Part shown: one piece after another, positions 28,382 to 37,614 of the stretch
Layout: each line of letters opens with the position of its first letter
Numbering within the stretch: position 1 is the stretch's first letter
Origin: an uncultured Candidatus Saccharibacteria bacterium
GTDB taxonomy: Bacteria; Patescibacteriota; Doudnabacteria; UBA920
Direction of reading: 5' to 3'
Length of the DNA stretch: 64,000 bases
NCBI GenBank assembly: GCA_964474825.1
Contig: CAYYWQ010000001.1
Span: forward strand, 229,609 to 293,608
Program-made: the position numbers and the translations under genes
The notes under the pieces: generated by a model
The model's input: the letters and a program-made list of their open reading frames with translations, nothing else
Told to the model about the DNA's origin: nothing
Databases searched by the model: none

Positions 28382-29623
28382 CTAGACCGAGTAGGTCCGG
28401 CCGCGGTGCTGTCCGAGAAGGATTTGCACCAGCCGGTGGGCGATCAGTTCGTGGAGCGTGAGCAGTTCACGGTTGGCCGCGGTAACGGCTTCGGCATCGT
28501 GCGGATCGGTAACGCCGGCGCCGCCGGCCTTCAGGGCGTCGGTGGCTTCCTTGATGATCGGGTCAGAGATGACTTCGCCTGCCATCTCCCATAGCGTGAT
28601 GAAGCGGTCCACGGCGCTCGGAAAGCTGACCTTGAAGACGCCGTAGTTGCTGGTGGTGCGTGGCGGTTTGAAATCGAGGTTGAACGGGCCGTTGTAGCCG
28701 TGGCTGCGCAGCAGCACCAGCACGTTCAGCCAGTCGAGCGGATTCACCAGCCCTACCGCGATATCCACATCGTGCTTCAGGCGGTAGCCGTCGTTGATGT
28801 CGAAGTGCCACAGCTTGCCGCACAGGAGTGCGCGAGCCAGCGATGCCCGGGGCGCGGCGCCCCACATCAACTCATGCAGGTACTCGGGGTTGAGCCCTAC
28901 CATCTCCGGATGCGTCAGCAGGCCTGAGGAAATGAAGGCCAGCATCGCGTCGCTGGTCGGAAGCAGGATCTCGGCCTGCGGTTCGAACGGCTTGGCCTCC
29001 ATACAGTGCTTCAGGGTGGGGTTGCCCTTTTCCTTTGCAATCTGGATATCGGCCTCGCAGGCGTGGTTCAGGGCGTCGGCGTACCAGCGAAGGGTCTGTG
29101 TCTCGTCGATCGCGCCCTGGACGTAGTAGCCGAGGGAACCGGGCCAGTAGACGGCGAACTGCGCGCCGAGCTCGTGCCCGATGTGAACCGTATTGGCCAG
29201 CCGGAACTTAGCGTACTCCCTTACATCTGGAGCTTCCGCCGCCGGACTGCCGGCGAACACCGCGTGATAGAACGTGTCCGTGGTGACCATCGAGCACTTG
29301 ACGTCGTGCTTCTTGAGGCATGTCTTGATGTGCTCAATCGCCATCCACTGCCACTCTTTTCCCAGGTGCTCGGTGGGGATAACGTCCGTGTCATGAGTGG
29401 TCCAGTAGCCGATTCCGATTTCGCCGAAATTGCGGATAGCCTCCTCAAATCCCACGGGTCCGCGGGTGGGGGCGTGGAATAGGGCGTCGCCTTCGTAAGC
29501 AGCGGCCCATTGGGGCCCGGAGATAAAGTATTTCCGGCGCGTTTCGGGGGAATAACCACCCCCGCACGCTTCCATGAGCCGATTAATCAGGGATTGCTGT
29601 TCGTTCACAGGGACTGGTTGCAT
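28382..29623 (-). CDS. Class I xylose isomerase-like TIM barrel
   Basis: THDTD, EAKPFEP, NPEYLHE, KLWHFDIND, HDVD and LDFKPPRT match the Streptomyces/Thermus-type XylA motif series; visibly GC-rich. Confidence 0.85.
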   Translation of the reverse strand: MQPVPVNEQQSLINRLMEACGGGYSPETRRKYFISGPQWAAAYEGDALFHAPTRGPVGFEEAIRNFGEIGIGYWTTHDTDVIPTEHLGKEWQWMAIEHIKTCLKKHDVKCSMVTTDTFYHAVFAGSPAAEAPDVREYAKFRLANTVHIGHELGAQFAVYWPGSLGYYVQGAIDETQTLRWYADALNHACEADIQIAKEKGNPTLKHCMEAKPFEPQAEILLPTSDAMLAFISSGLLTHPEMVGLNPEYLHELMWGAAPRASLARALLCGKLWHFDINDGYRLKHDVDIAVGLVNPLDWLNVLVLLRSHGYNGPFNLDFKPPRTTSNYGVFKVSFPSAVDRFITLWEMAGEVISDPIIKEATDALKAGGAGVTDPHDAEAVTAANRELLTLHELIAHRLVQILLGQHRGRTYSV

Positions 29624-29721
29624 TTTCTTTTTCTTTCTCCTAAATGAAAAACCTCCTTTGAGCCTATATATCCGGCCTTCAAAAGAGGTTCGGCCAAGAA
29701 AACAATCTTGGCGGATTTATT

Positions 29722-29750
29722 AGTTTACAATTAAAAAAGCCTTTTGTCAA
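29722..29750 (-). promoter_or_regulatory. Sigma70 promoter of the xylose isomerase-like gene
   Basis: TTGACA-N17-TAAACT on the minus strand. Confidence 0.7.
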
Positions 29751-29815
29751 AGGCCAAAATTGGTTCAAATTAATAAAACTCATACTTAAATACTTGAGAA
29801 TGTAAGGATGAGTTT

Positions 29816-30550
29816 TTAATCCCTTGCAATGGTAAGGCACCAGACGCTTTTGGCACCGTTGCGCTTTAAGACTTTTGCGGCTTCCAGTAAAGTTGATCCT
29901 GTCGTGGTTACGTCGTCCACTAAAATAAGATTTTGATTATGGACATCAGCATCTTTTTTTAAAGAAAAGGCGTTAGCCACGTTTTTTATGCGTTGGTCTT
30001 TTTTTAAATCTTTTTGGGTTTTAGTAACCTTGTTTCTCGTAAGCGCATCAAGCATACCCAGATTCAATTCTTTGCTAAGTGTGTGGCATAGAATTTCCGC
30101 TTGGTTAAAACCGCGCCAGCGTTTGCGGCGGGGGTGGAGGGGGAGGGGAATTAATATAGGCTTCTGATTATTATCATGGTTGAATAAAAAAGAATAGTCA
30201 GCTTCAATTTTTTTGGCCAAAAGATTCCCCAAGACTTCAAAAGTTCCTGGAAGGAAATGGTACTTTCCCTTAATAACTATTTCCGCCACATTTTCATCGC
30301 GATAATTTAATACGGAAATTAAACCGTCCGCCGTATGCGGGGTTAGGCAACCCGGATGTGTAAAGCCGGAAATAGAAGGCTTTTGGCAAATAATGCAGTG
30401 TTGGTAATCCAGCCTTGCCAAAAGTGCTAAGCAATCGGTGCAAATAAAACTACCCTCCTTTTCGCACACAAGGCAGCGAATAGGAAAAATCGTGTCTAAA
30501 ACAAAAGTTTTAACATCTTTAGAAAAAGGTTTTATAAAAGTTTTATACAT
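29816..30550 (-). CDS. comF: ComF family competence protein (double zinc ribbon plus PRTase)
   Basis: FP.RCLVC..C..C, PLH..R...RGFNQA, LVDDVTTTGSTL. Confidence 0.93.
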   Translation of the reverse strand: MYKTFIKPFSKDVKTFVLDTIFPIRCLVCEKEGSFICTDCLALLARLDYQHCIICQKPSISGFTHPGCLTPHTADGLISVLNYRDENVAEIVIKGKYHFLPGTFEVLGNLLAKKIEADYSFLFNHDNNQKPILIPLPLHPRRKRWRGFNQAEILCHTLSKELNLGMLDALTRNKVTKTQKDLKKDQRIKNVANAFSLKKDADVHNQNLILVDDVTTTGSTLLEAAKVLKRNGAKSVWCLTIARD

Positions 30551-30568
30551 TAATTTAATTTTAACATA

Positions 30569-30592
30569 AAAACCCCGCAAGAGGCGGGGTTT
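30569..30592. terminator. Intrinsic terminator after clpC
   Basis: aaaccccgc-aagag-gcggggttt. Confidence 0.75.
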
Positions 30593-30606
30593 AAATATTT
30601 ATAAGC

Positions 30607-33150
30607 TTAAGCCAGAACGGGGATGGGTTCTTGTTTTTGTATGGTAAAGACCACCTGGTCTTTTTTAACATCTGCGGTAATTTTGGCGCCTTCGCTGGTT
30701 TTGCCGGAAATTATTTTTTCTGCCAACGGGTCCTCCAGTAATTGCTGAATGTTCCTGCGGACAAAACGCGCGCCTTGGGCGGGGTCAAAACTTTTTTCGG
30801 AAATAAACTTTACAACGGCCGGGGAAATTTTAAGGCTGACGTTTTGCTCTAGCAGGCGGTTTTGCAAAAGCGCTATTTGCAATTGGGTAATTTTTTGTAG
30901 TTGGGTAAAGCCCAGGGGTTTGTATACAATAATTTTGTCTATGCGGTTTAAGAATTCTGGCCTGAACTGCTGTTTTAGGTTGTCTGTAACGCCGTCCTTA
31001 ATGCGTAAATAGTCAGCTTCCAGCTTTTCCTGTTTGGTTTGGGATTCGTTTTCACGTTCCGCAAAACCAATTTTAACCGCAGCAGTGGTCAGTTCCTGCA
31101 TGCCCAGGTTAGAAGTCATAATAATTACAGTATTGCGGAAGTTAACTTTTTTGCCTGCCGCGTCTGTAAGTTGACCGTCTTCTAAAATTTGCAGCAAAAT
31201 GTTAAACACGTCCGGGTTGGCTTTTTCTATTTCATCAAAAAGTACAACGCAATATGGCTTGCGGCGCACAGCTTCGGTTAAACGGCCGCCTTCTTCGTAT
31301 CCTACATAGCCGGCGGGAGCGCCAATTAAACGCGCTACATTGTGGCGTTCCATAAACTCGCTCATGTCCACGCGAATTAGCGCGTCCTCGTCTTCAAATA
31401 CTTCCGCGGCTAAGACTTTAGCAGTCTCGGTTTTGCCGACTCCTGTTGGTCCTAAAAATATGAATGATCCCAAAGGTCTGGCCGGGTCTGTAATCCCGGC
31501 GCGGCTCCTGCGTATGGATTTAGCAATTTCTGAAACAGCTTCGTCTTGTCCGACAATCCGACTTTTTAAGATTTTTTCCAAATTAGTTAAGCGCGACATT
31601 TCTGTCTTGGCTAAACGGGCCAAAGGAATTTTGGTCATCATAGAAACAGTGTGGGCAATGTCTTCCGCGCCAATAACATGCTTGGGTGTTTGCTGCTCCA
31701 GTGCCAGACTCCGGGACAGTTCAGTTTTTTGTCTTAGCAGTTTTTCTTCTTGCGCGCGCAAATGAAGGGCAGTTGTAAAATCCTGGGCCAAAACAGCTTT
31801 GGTTTTTTCTTCTTCCAACGCTGCTAAATCGCTCTCTATTTTTTTAGTGGCTCTTAGCAGCTTGCTGTTGCTGCTTATTGTTCTTAAAAACGCAGCGGTT
31901 TCGTCTATCAAGTCTACAGCTTTGTCAGGCAAAAATCGGTCTTGAATGTAACGGTCAGACAAATCTACCGCGGCTTTTACTGCTTCTTCTGTAATAGTAA
32001 CGTTATGATGTTTTTCGTAATTAGGACGCAGACCACGCAAAATCTCCACAGCTTCTTCTTTGCTGGGTTCTTCCACTAAAATTGGCTGAAAACGCCTTTC
32101 CAGTGCCGCGTCTTTTTCAATGTGCTGTTTGTATTCGGTTAAGGTGGTGGCGCCAATGGCCCGCAGTTCGCCGCGCGCCAGTGCCGGTTTTAAAATATTA
32201 GCAGCATCCAAAGAGCCTGTGGTAGCGCCGGCGCCAACCATGGTGTGCAGCTCGTCTATAAATAGAATAATGTTTTTGTTTTCTTTAACCTCGTCAATAA
32301 TCTGTTTTAAACGGTTTTCAAATTCACCGCGGAACATGGAGCCGGCTACAATTAAAGCCAAGTCTAAACTTAATATTTTCTTGTCGAGAAGGGAGTCGGG
32401 GACTTCGCGGTTGGCCATGGCTAAGGCCAAGCCTTCTACAATTGCGGTTTTACCTACACCGGCTTCGCCAATTAAAATTGGATTATTTTTTGTGCGACGG
32501 TTTAGAATAGAAACCAAGCGTTCAATTTCATTTTTGCGTCCGACAACTGGGTCTACCAAGCCGTCTTTAGCCTTTTTGGTTAGGTCGGTAGTAAAGTAGT
32601 CCAGCAAATTCTGTTTTTTGCTGTCTTTTTGTGGGCTGTGGTTGTGCATATCGGGTTGCTGCATTCCGGGTTCTCCGGCTGGAACTTCGGGGAATTTAGA
32701 AATATTTTCAAATACTGCCTGGAGGTTTTGCTCCAGTTCCGCAATATCTACACCTAACTTGTTTAAAATTACTTTGGCTTTGTTGCCCTGGACCGAAAGC
32801 ATGCCGGACAAAAAATGTTCGGTGCCAATAAACTGGTAGCCATATTGGCTGGCCACAATGGCAGATTTTTCTATAACCAGCTTTAAGTTTTCGGAAAGTA
32901 TGGGTTTCCAAACCGGGGAAGTGTTGTTGCTGTTAACTAAAATAAGTTCCTGTTTAATTATTTCGGGAGTTAATTTGGTCTTAGTTAAAATTTCCGCGGC
33001 AAACGAACTCTTTTCGGAAATTACTCCATATAAAAGATGCTCCGTGCCAATGTGGTCGTGTTTTAATTCCTCGGAAACCAGCTGCGCCATAATAAGGGCG
33101 TTTTTGGCTCTGGAGGAAAGTCTCTCTAGAATGTAAGTGAAATTTGTCAT
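30607..33150 (-). CDS. clpC: ATP-dependent Clp protease ATP-binding subunit ClpC
   Basis: Two Clp-N repeats (IGTEH), GEAGVGKT, UVR-type middle domain, GPTGVGKT, IGF loop. Confidence 0.93.
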   Translation of the reverse strand: MTNFTYILERLSSRAKNALIMAQLVSEELKHDHIGTEHLLYGVISEKSSFAAEILTKTKLTPEIIKQELILVNSNNTSPVWKPILSENLKLVIEKSAIVASQYGYQFIGTEHFLSGMLSVQGNKAKVILNKLGVDIAELEQNLQAVFENISKFPEVPAGEPGMQQPDMHNHSPQKDSKKQNLLDYFTTDLTKKAKDGLVDPVVGRKNEIERLVSILNRRTKNNPILIGEAGVGKTAIVEGLALAMANREVPDSLLDKKILSLDLALIVAGSMFRGEFENRLKQIIDEVKENKNIILFIDELHTMVGAGATTGSLDAANILKPALARGELRAIGATTLTEYKQHIEKDAALERRFQPILVEEPSKEEAVEILRGLRPNYEKHHNVTITEEAVKAAVDLSDRYIQDRFLPDKAVDLIDETAAFLRTISSNSKLLRATKKIESDLAALEEEKTKAVLAQDFTTALHLRAQEEKLLRQKTELSRSLALEQQTPKHVIGAEDIAHTVSMMTKIPLARLAKTEMSRLTNLEKILKSRIVGQDEAVSEIAKSIRRSRAGITDPARPLGSFIFLGPTGVGKTETAKVLAAEVFEDEDALIRVDMSEFMERHNVARLIGAPAGYVGYEEGGRLTEAVRRKPYCVVLFDEIEKANPDVFNILLQILEDGQLTDAAGKKVNFRNTVIIMTSNLGMQELTTAAVKIGFAERENESQTKQEKLEADYLRIKDGVTDNLKQQFRPEFLNRIDKIIVYKPLGFTQLQKITQLQIALLQNRLLEQNVSLKISPAVVKFISEKSFDPAQGARFVRRNIQQLLEDPLAEKIISGKTSEGAKITADVKKDQVVFTIQKQEPIPVLA

Positions 33151-33218
33151 ATAGGTTTATACGATGTTTGGTGTCAAAAGGTTACAAAGAGTATAATTAA
33201 ATTATCTCATATATGTTG

Positions 33219-33257
33219 ATTATATCAAAGTTATCACTCATGTCAAGGGAGTGATAA
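33219..33257 (-). promoter_or_regulatory. clpC promoter overlapped by a CIRCE-like (HrcA) operator
   Basis: TTATCACTC-N9-GAGTGATAA at 33231-33257 (consensus TTAGCACTC-N9-GAGTGCTAA); minus-strand TTGACA (33246-33241)-N16-TATAAT (33224-33219). Confidence 0.8.
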
Positions 33258-33355
33258 CTACAGAAGGCTACGGAAAAATGCACTACAGATGCCTACAGAA
33301 CCTGACATTTTTTCTGTAGGCATCTGTAGTGGGCCTTCTCTATAGTTCTGTAGTT
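33256..33355. repeat. Nested inverted repeat of ctacaga units upstream of recX
   Basis: Perfect 20-bp arms 33281-33300 / 33312-33331; outer aactacagaa / ttctgtagtt. Confidence 0.85.
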
Positions 33356-33357
33356 TT

Positions 33358-33876
33358 ATGTGGAAACCCCAAAGCAAAACCAAAGAACCTGACAATATAG
33401 AAAAAGCATACGAGTATGCCGTGTTTTTGCTGTCCCTGAAGCTACGAACCATTGGGGAAGTTTTAACTAAGATGAAAGGCAGGGGATACGGCGAGGCCGT
33501 TATTTCAGAAATTATTGAGAGATTAAAAAGCCAGCACTATTTGGACGACCAAAGATACGCGGAAATTTATTTGGAAAACTTAAAAATTTATAAAACCTTT
33601 GGCTATTACGGCATTAAGAAAATGTTTATGGAGAAAAAGTTGCCACAGGAGCTTATTGAAAATATTTTAACCGAAGGACTTAGTCTTTCTGAAGAAACAA
33701 AAATTGCCAAAAGATTTTTGCAAAAACAAGGGATTATGCCTAAAGAAAAATCAGATAGTGATGAAATGCAATATCGAACCTTTGATGAAGAAGCCTCAAA
33801 AGCCAAACAAAAACTCGCCCAAAAATTAAAGGCGAGAGGGTTTAGGGGAGACGTAATAAGTAAGTTATTGTTTTAG
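33358..33876 (+). CDS. recX: Regulatory protein RecX
   Basis: A..YA..LLS...RT..E, YLDD.RYAE, KL.QKL..RGF. Confidence 0.88.
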   Translation: MWKPQSKTKEPDNIEKAYEYAVFLLSLKLRTIGEVLTKMKGRGYGEAVISEIIERLKSQHYLDDQRYAEIYLENLKIYKTFGYYGIKKMFMEKKLPQELIENILTEGLSLSEETKIAKRFLQKQGIMPKEKSDSDEMQYRTFDEEASKAKQKLAQKLKARGFRGDVISKLLF

Positions 33877-33913
33877 AATCTGCGTAATCAATACTTATCC
33901 GCGTATCAGCGGT

Positions 33914-34849
33914 CTATAAATTCATCTCTCGAAGTCTTTTAACCCTGTCCTGTATTGGCGGGTGGGTGTTAAACATTTTGGCAAACCAGCCTTGGCCGCT
34001 TTGCTTTTTTGAGTCAGCATTCATAACACTGTCCTCATGAAAGGGGTTGACTATATACAAATGCGCGGTGGCTTTGTTGGCGGCTTCTAAGGGTTCGCGG
34101 TCGGTGGAAATTTTTTCTAGGGCCCGTGCCAAGCCTTCTGGGTAGCGCGTTAACAGAGCGCCAGAAGCGTCTGCCAAATATTCTCGTTGGCGGGAAACCG
34201 CCAACTTTATTAAAGTTGCAATAATAGGGGAGAGAATAGCTAAAATAATTCCGGCAATGACTAAAATTGCTTGCAGTTGTCCGCCGCCTTCGCTGTTGCT
34301 TTTTTTGCGTCCGCCAAAAAAGCTGGCACGCAAAAACCAGTCGGCCAATAAAGTAATTGTTCCAACCAGGACTACCACTAAAGTCATAACGCGAATATCG
34401 TAATTTCCAATATGCGAAAGTTCGTGGGCAATAACGCCTTCCAGCTCGCTTTTTTCCAGTTTTTGCAATATGCCAGTGGTAACACAAACCACGGCGTGCT
34501 GTGGGTCGCGCCCTGTGGCAAAGGCGTTAGGTGCTGTGTCTTCTATAATATAGATTCTTGGAGTAGGCAGACCGGCGGCAATGCATAAATTTTCCACAAT
34601 TCTATAGAGTTCCTGGTTCGACTGCCTGTCTATTTGTTTTGCCTGGGAAAGCGCCAGCGTTATGGAGTCGGAAAAGTAATAAGAAATTAAAGATGAAAAA
34701 ACAGAAAAACCTACGGCAAAATATAAAATTTCGGGAGTGTTGTAGGCCTGCGAAAAAACAAAACCAAGCAGGGAAATAATGACCAAAAAGCTGAATATTA
34801 AAATCCAGCTTTCGCGTTTATTCTTGTTTATGAGATCGTAGGTTAGCAT
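33914..34849 (-). CDS. htpX: M48 family zinc metalloprotease HtpX
   Basis: PNAFATG, AHELSH, SRQREYLADA, THPP...R; start at MLTYD. Confidence 0.93.
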   Translation of the reverse strand: MLTYDLINKNKRESWILIFSFLVIISLLGFVFSQAYNTPEILYFAVGFSVFSSLISYYFSDSITLALSQAKQIDRQSNQELYRIVENLCIAAGLPTPRIYIIEDTAPNAFATGRDPQHAVVCVTTGILQKLEKSELEGVIAHELSHIGNYDIRVMTLVVVLVGTITLLADWFLRASFFGGRKKSNSEGGGQLQAILVIAGIILAILSPIIATLIKLAVSRQREYLADASGALLTRYPEGLARALEKISTDREPLEAANKATAHLYIVNPFHEDSVMNADSKKQSGQGWFAKMFNTHPPIQDRVKRLREMNL

Positions 34850-34854
34850 GGGAA

Positions 34855-34929
34855 TAGTAAGTAGTAAGTAGCTGGTAGTATGTAGCAAAACCTTTTGGCT
34901 ACTAACTACTCACTACTAGCTACACGCTA
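34855..34929. repeat. Inverted heptamer tandem array
   Basis: tagtaag-tagtaag-tagctgg-tagtatg-tagcaaa, then ttggcta-ctaacta-ctcacta-ctagcta-cacgcta. Confidence 0.88.
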
Positions 34930-34931
34930 GA

Positions 34932-35477
34932 CTAGAACTGAACTTTGACCGCTTGTCCCTCTACGCCTTTTTCGTCTATATCAAAGAAGTCGCGTTTGGT
35001 AAAACCAAACATTGAGGCGAATAGGTTAGTGGGGAAGACTTGAAGTTTGGTGTTGTAGTCGCGGACATTGCCGTTGTAAAAGCGGCGTGCGGCCTGGATT
35101 TTGTCTTCCGTGTCCGTTAAGTCGCTTTGCATTTGCATAAAGTTTTGGTTGCTCTTTAAATCCGGGTAAGCTTCGGAGACCGCAAACAAACTTTTTAAAG
35201 CACCGGATAGCATGTTTTCGTCTTTCAGTTTTTCCTGCATTGTGCCCGCGCCCATTGCCGCGGTTCTGGCTTTGGTAACATTTTCCAAAACAGAAGATTC
35301 TTGTTTGGCGTAGCCTTTTACGGTTTCCACCAAATTGGGAATGAGGTCGTATCTTCTTTTTAGTTGTACCTCTATGTCCGACCAGGCTTCGTCTACCCGG
35401 TTTTTGGCGCTTACCAGGGAGTTATAGAGGAAGGCCAATATAATTACAATGGCCAGAATTATCCAAATTGCTATCAT
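34932..35477 (-). CDS. lemA: LemA family protein
   Basis: YNSLV, QLKRRYDLIPNLVETVKGY, E.YPDLK.NQNF, ARRFYN. Confidence 0.96.
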   Translation of the reverse strand: MIAIWIILAIVIILAFLYNSLVSAKNRVDEAWSDIEVQLKRRYDLIPNLVETVKGYAKQESSVLENVTKARTAAMGAGTMQEKLKDENMLSGALKSLFAVSEAYPDLKSNQNFMQMQSDLTDTEDKIQAARRFYNGNVRDYNTKLQVFPTNLFASMFGFTKRDFFDIDEKGVEGQAVKVQF

Positions 35478-35590
35478 TTTATTATTCCTTTTATTTCATC
35501 CCGGCTGCTTTTATGGCCTTTCGGGAATGATTAAGATTGTATATTTATTATAGCACTTTTTAGTCTAAGTGGGTCAATAGTAAAATTGGC

Positions 35591-35649
35591 TTGACATGAT
35601 TTTAAACATTTGTTAAACTACAAATACCGCTTTAGTTAACTAAAGCGGT
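35591..35649 (+). promoter_or_regulatory. Promoter plus perfect 24-bp palindromic operator (HisR/YerC-type)
   Basis: TTGACA-N17-TAAACT (35591-35619), then accgctttagtt|aactaaagcggt (35626-35649). Confidence 0.8.
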
Positions 35650-35680
35650 CAAAGTAAAGTTATAGTGTTAGGAATTTTTT

Positions 35681-36007
35681 ATGGCAGTAACTTGGGACAA
35701 TAAAAAAACTGAAAATTTGCTGCAGGCAGTTTTGTTGCTTGAAAGCTTGGAAGAAGCCAAGCGTTTTTTTCGCGACCTTTTAACAGAAGCCGAGCTGGAA
35801 GAATTTGGTAACCGCTGGCTGGCCGCGCAAATGCTTACGGCCAAAGAGTCTTACACAATAATTCGGGGCAAAACAGGGCTTTCTACAACTACCATTGCGC
35901 GTATTTCTAAATGGCTGCAAAAAGGACGCGGCGGCTACAAGTTGATTTTAAAAAGATTAGGCCAGCATCATACCAACTCCATTCCTATTGGGAAAGGGTT
36001 GCGTTGA
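35681..36007 (+). CDS. YerC/YecD TrpR-related repressor (HisR-like)
   Basis: FF.DLLT..EL.....RW..A.ML....SY..I...TG.ST.TI.RISK.L..G.GGY. Confidence 0.92.
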   Translation: MAVTWDNKKTENLLQAVLLLESLEEAKRFFRDLLTEAELEEFGNRWLAAQMLTAKESYTIIRGKTGLSTTTIARISKWLQKGRGGYKLILKRLGQHHTNSIPIGKGLR

Positions 36008-36149
36008 TAATGTTATGGTCCTTATGCTTTAATGCACTAGTGCAGTAATGCAAAGGGCCGAATAAATTTATCCACTTTGCCCGTTCCCAAGAGGAATGGG
36101 TTTTTTGTTTTTCTTGGGACAAATCCAATTACAACTAGGAGAAGGGAAA

Positions 36150-37217
36150 ATGAAAGTTTTATGGCCCAACTTTAAAAAAGGCAATGGACTCATTGTTGCA
36201 ATAGCGCAAGATGCCCGGACTAAAGAAATTCTTATGCAGGGCTTTGCCAGCGAAGAGGCGTTTCGTCTGGCGTTGGCTACCGGCTTCGCGACTTATTTCA
36301 GCAGATCCCGGAATGAGCTTTGGATGAAAGGAGAAACAACCGGCAATAGGCTTAAGCTTGTTGGTCCGCCACTGATTGATTGCGACGGCGACTCAATCAT
36401 TTATTTGGTGGAGCCTCAAGGGCCTCCTTGCCACACGAACCAGAGAAGCTGTTTCTATCGCAATGTGCTTGAAACGGAAAAGGCTTCGTTCTCATCCCCG
36501 GATGAGACGTTGCCAATATTGGAATGTGAAGTCAGCCTGAAAAGGAGCATAGAAATGAGTAAAAGAAAGTTGCAGATTGGAGTAATGGGTAGCGCGTCAG
36601 ACTTGGAGTATAGCGAAGAAGTCGCGCGTTTAGCCGAAGAAGTGGGCAAAGAAGTCGCGCTGGCCGGATGTGTTCTGGTCTTTGGTGCCGAGAAGGACTA
36701 CGACTCTCTTTCGACTGCCGCGGGACGCGGAGCGAGGAGCGTTGGGGGTCTTACCGCGGGAGTGACTTATGGCAAAGGCATAGACGTTTTTGAACAAGCC
36801 GATGTCATTATTACCTGCGGTGCGGAACGCGGCGGACCAAGGGAATCGGCGCTTGTGCTTTCCTGCGATGCCATAATTTGCATTTCAGGCGGCAGCGGCA
36901 CGCTCACGGAAATGCTGGTGGCCTACCAAGCCAATATCCCAATTGTTGCCCTGGTGGGCACCGGCGGCTGGAGCGATAAAATGGCGGGTTCTTATTTTGA
37001 CAAACGCGAGCGCGTCAAAGTAGAGCCGGCAGCCACTGCGAAGGAAGCGGTGGATATTGCCCGGAGGTTGGTTCATCAAAACCAATGTAAACACGAAAAC
37101 GCAGAACAGGTAGAGTTCCTGCGCCGGAGTCAGGTTGGAATGCATCAATTGAGTGAAGTATGGGAAGTTCGCTGCCCTGATTGCGGCAAGCAATATCAGG
37201 ATGCCTTTATAGGGTAG
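36150..37217 (+). CDS. Fusion of phosphoribosyl-AMP cyclohydrolase (HisI) and a SLOG/LOG-family domain, with a C-terminal Cys motif
   Basis: HisI: YFSRSR..LW.KGETTG, DCDGD, CHT...SCFY. SLOG: IGVMGS, DAII.ISGGSGTL.E, GTGGW. Tail CKH...CPDCG. SD before ATG 36150. Confidence 0.85.
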   Translation: MKVLWPNFKKGNGLIVAIAQDARTKEILMQGFASEEAFRLALATGFATYFSRSRNELWMKGETTGNRLKLVGPPLIDCDGDSIIYLVEPQGPPCHTNQRSCFYRNVLETEKASFSSPDETLPILECEVSLKRSIEMSKRKLQIGVMGSASDLEYSEEVARLAEEVGKEVALAGCVLVFGAEKDYDSLSTAAGRGARSVGGLTAGVTYGKGIDVFEQADVIITCGAERGGPRESALVLSCDAIICISGGSGTLTEMLVAYQANIPIVALVGTGGWSDKMAGSYFDKRERVKVEPAATAKEAVDIARRLVHQNQCKHENAEQVEFLRRSQVGMHQLSEVWEVRCPDCGKQYQDAFIG

Positions 37218-37224
37218 CGAGAGA

Positions 37225-37503
37225 ATGAGCAAAGCAAGGCTCGTGTGGAAAGGCGGGAAAAACGGCGGGCGCTGGATGCGCCCGCTGGGACCGCCGTTTT
37301 GGGACGGTGGCACATGTAAATTTGCCGGGGAAGTTTTGGGGTATACCAGCTTGCCCGGCACGGCAAAAGTTGAAGGAGGTCGGGTGCTTTTTAAAGGGCA
37401 CCTAGATGTTGGGTTTCAAATATTATGTCCATTTGACGAAGTAGCGGCAGTCTTTAATGAAGACGGCAGGCAAATTTATCACTTGGAGCCGGCGGACGAA
37501 TAG
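37225..37503 (+). CDS. Hypothetical protein
   Basis: 7 nt after the upstream stop; followed by a terminator hairpin. Confidence 0.6.
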   Translation: MSKARLVWKGGKNGGRWMRPLGPPFWDGGTCKFAGEVLGYTSLPGTAKVEGGRVLFKGHLDVGFQILCPFDEVAAVFNEDGRQIYHLEPADE

Positions 37504-37520
37504 TCTGCCGGTTTTTATTT
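37489..37520 (+). terminator. Intrinsic terminator
   Basis: ccggcggac-gaata-gtctgccgg-ttttt. Confidence 0.7.
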
Positions 37521-37614
37521 TTGTCGAAATTGTGTTATAATTAATTGGTAAAAATATCGAACAGAAATAAAAATTTCATCTTTCGTTTAAAAGTCTGGCG
37601 AAGGAAATCTTGTT

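Noticed and set aside
25106-29750. tRNA-integrated genomic island
   Set aside because: No duplicated tRNA 3' end (att) or integrase found, and the xylose isomerase-like gene lies on the 5' side of the tRNA.
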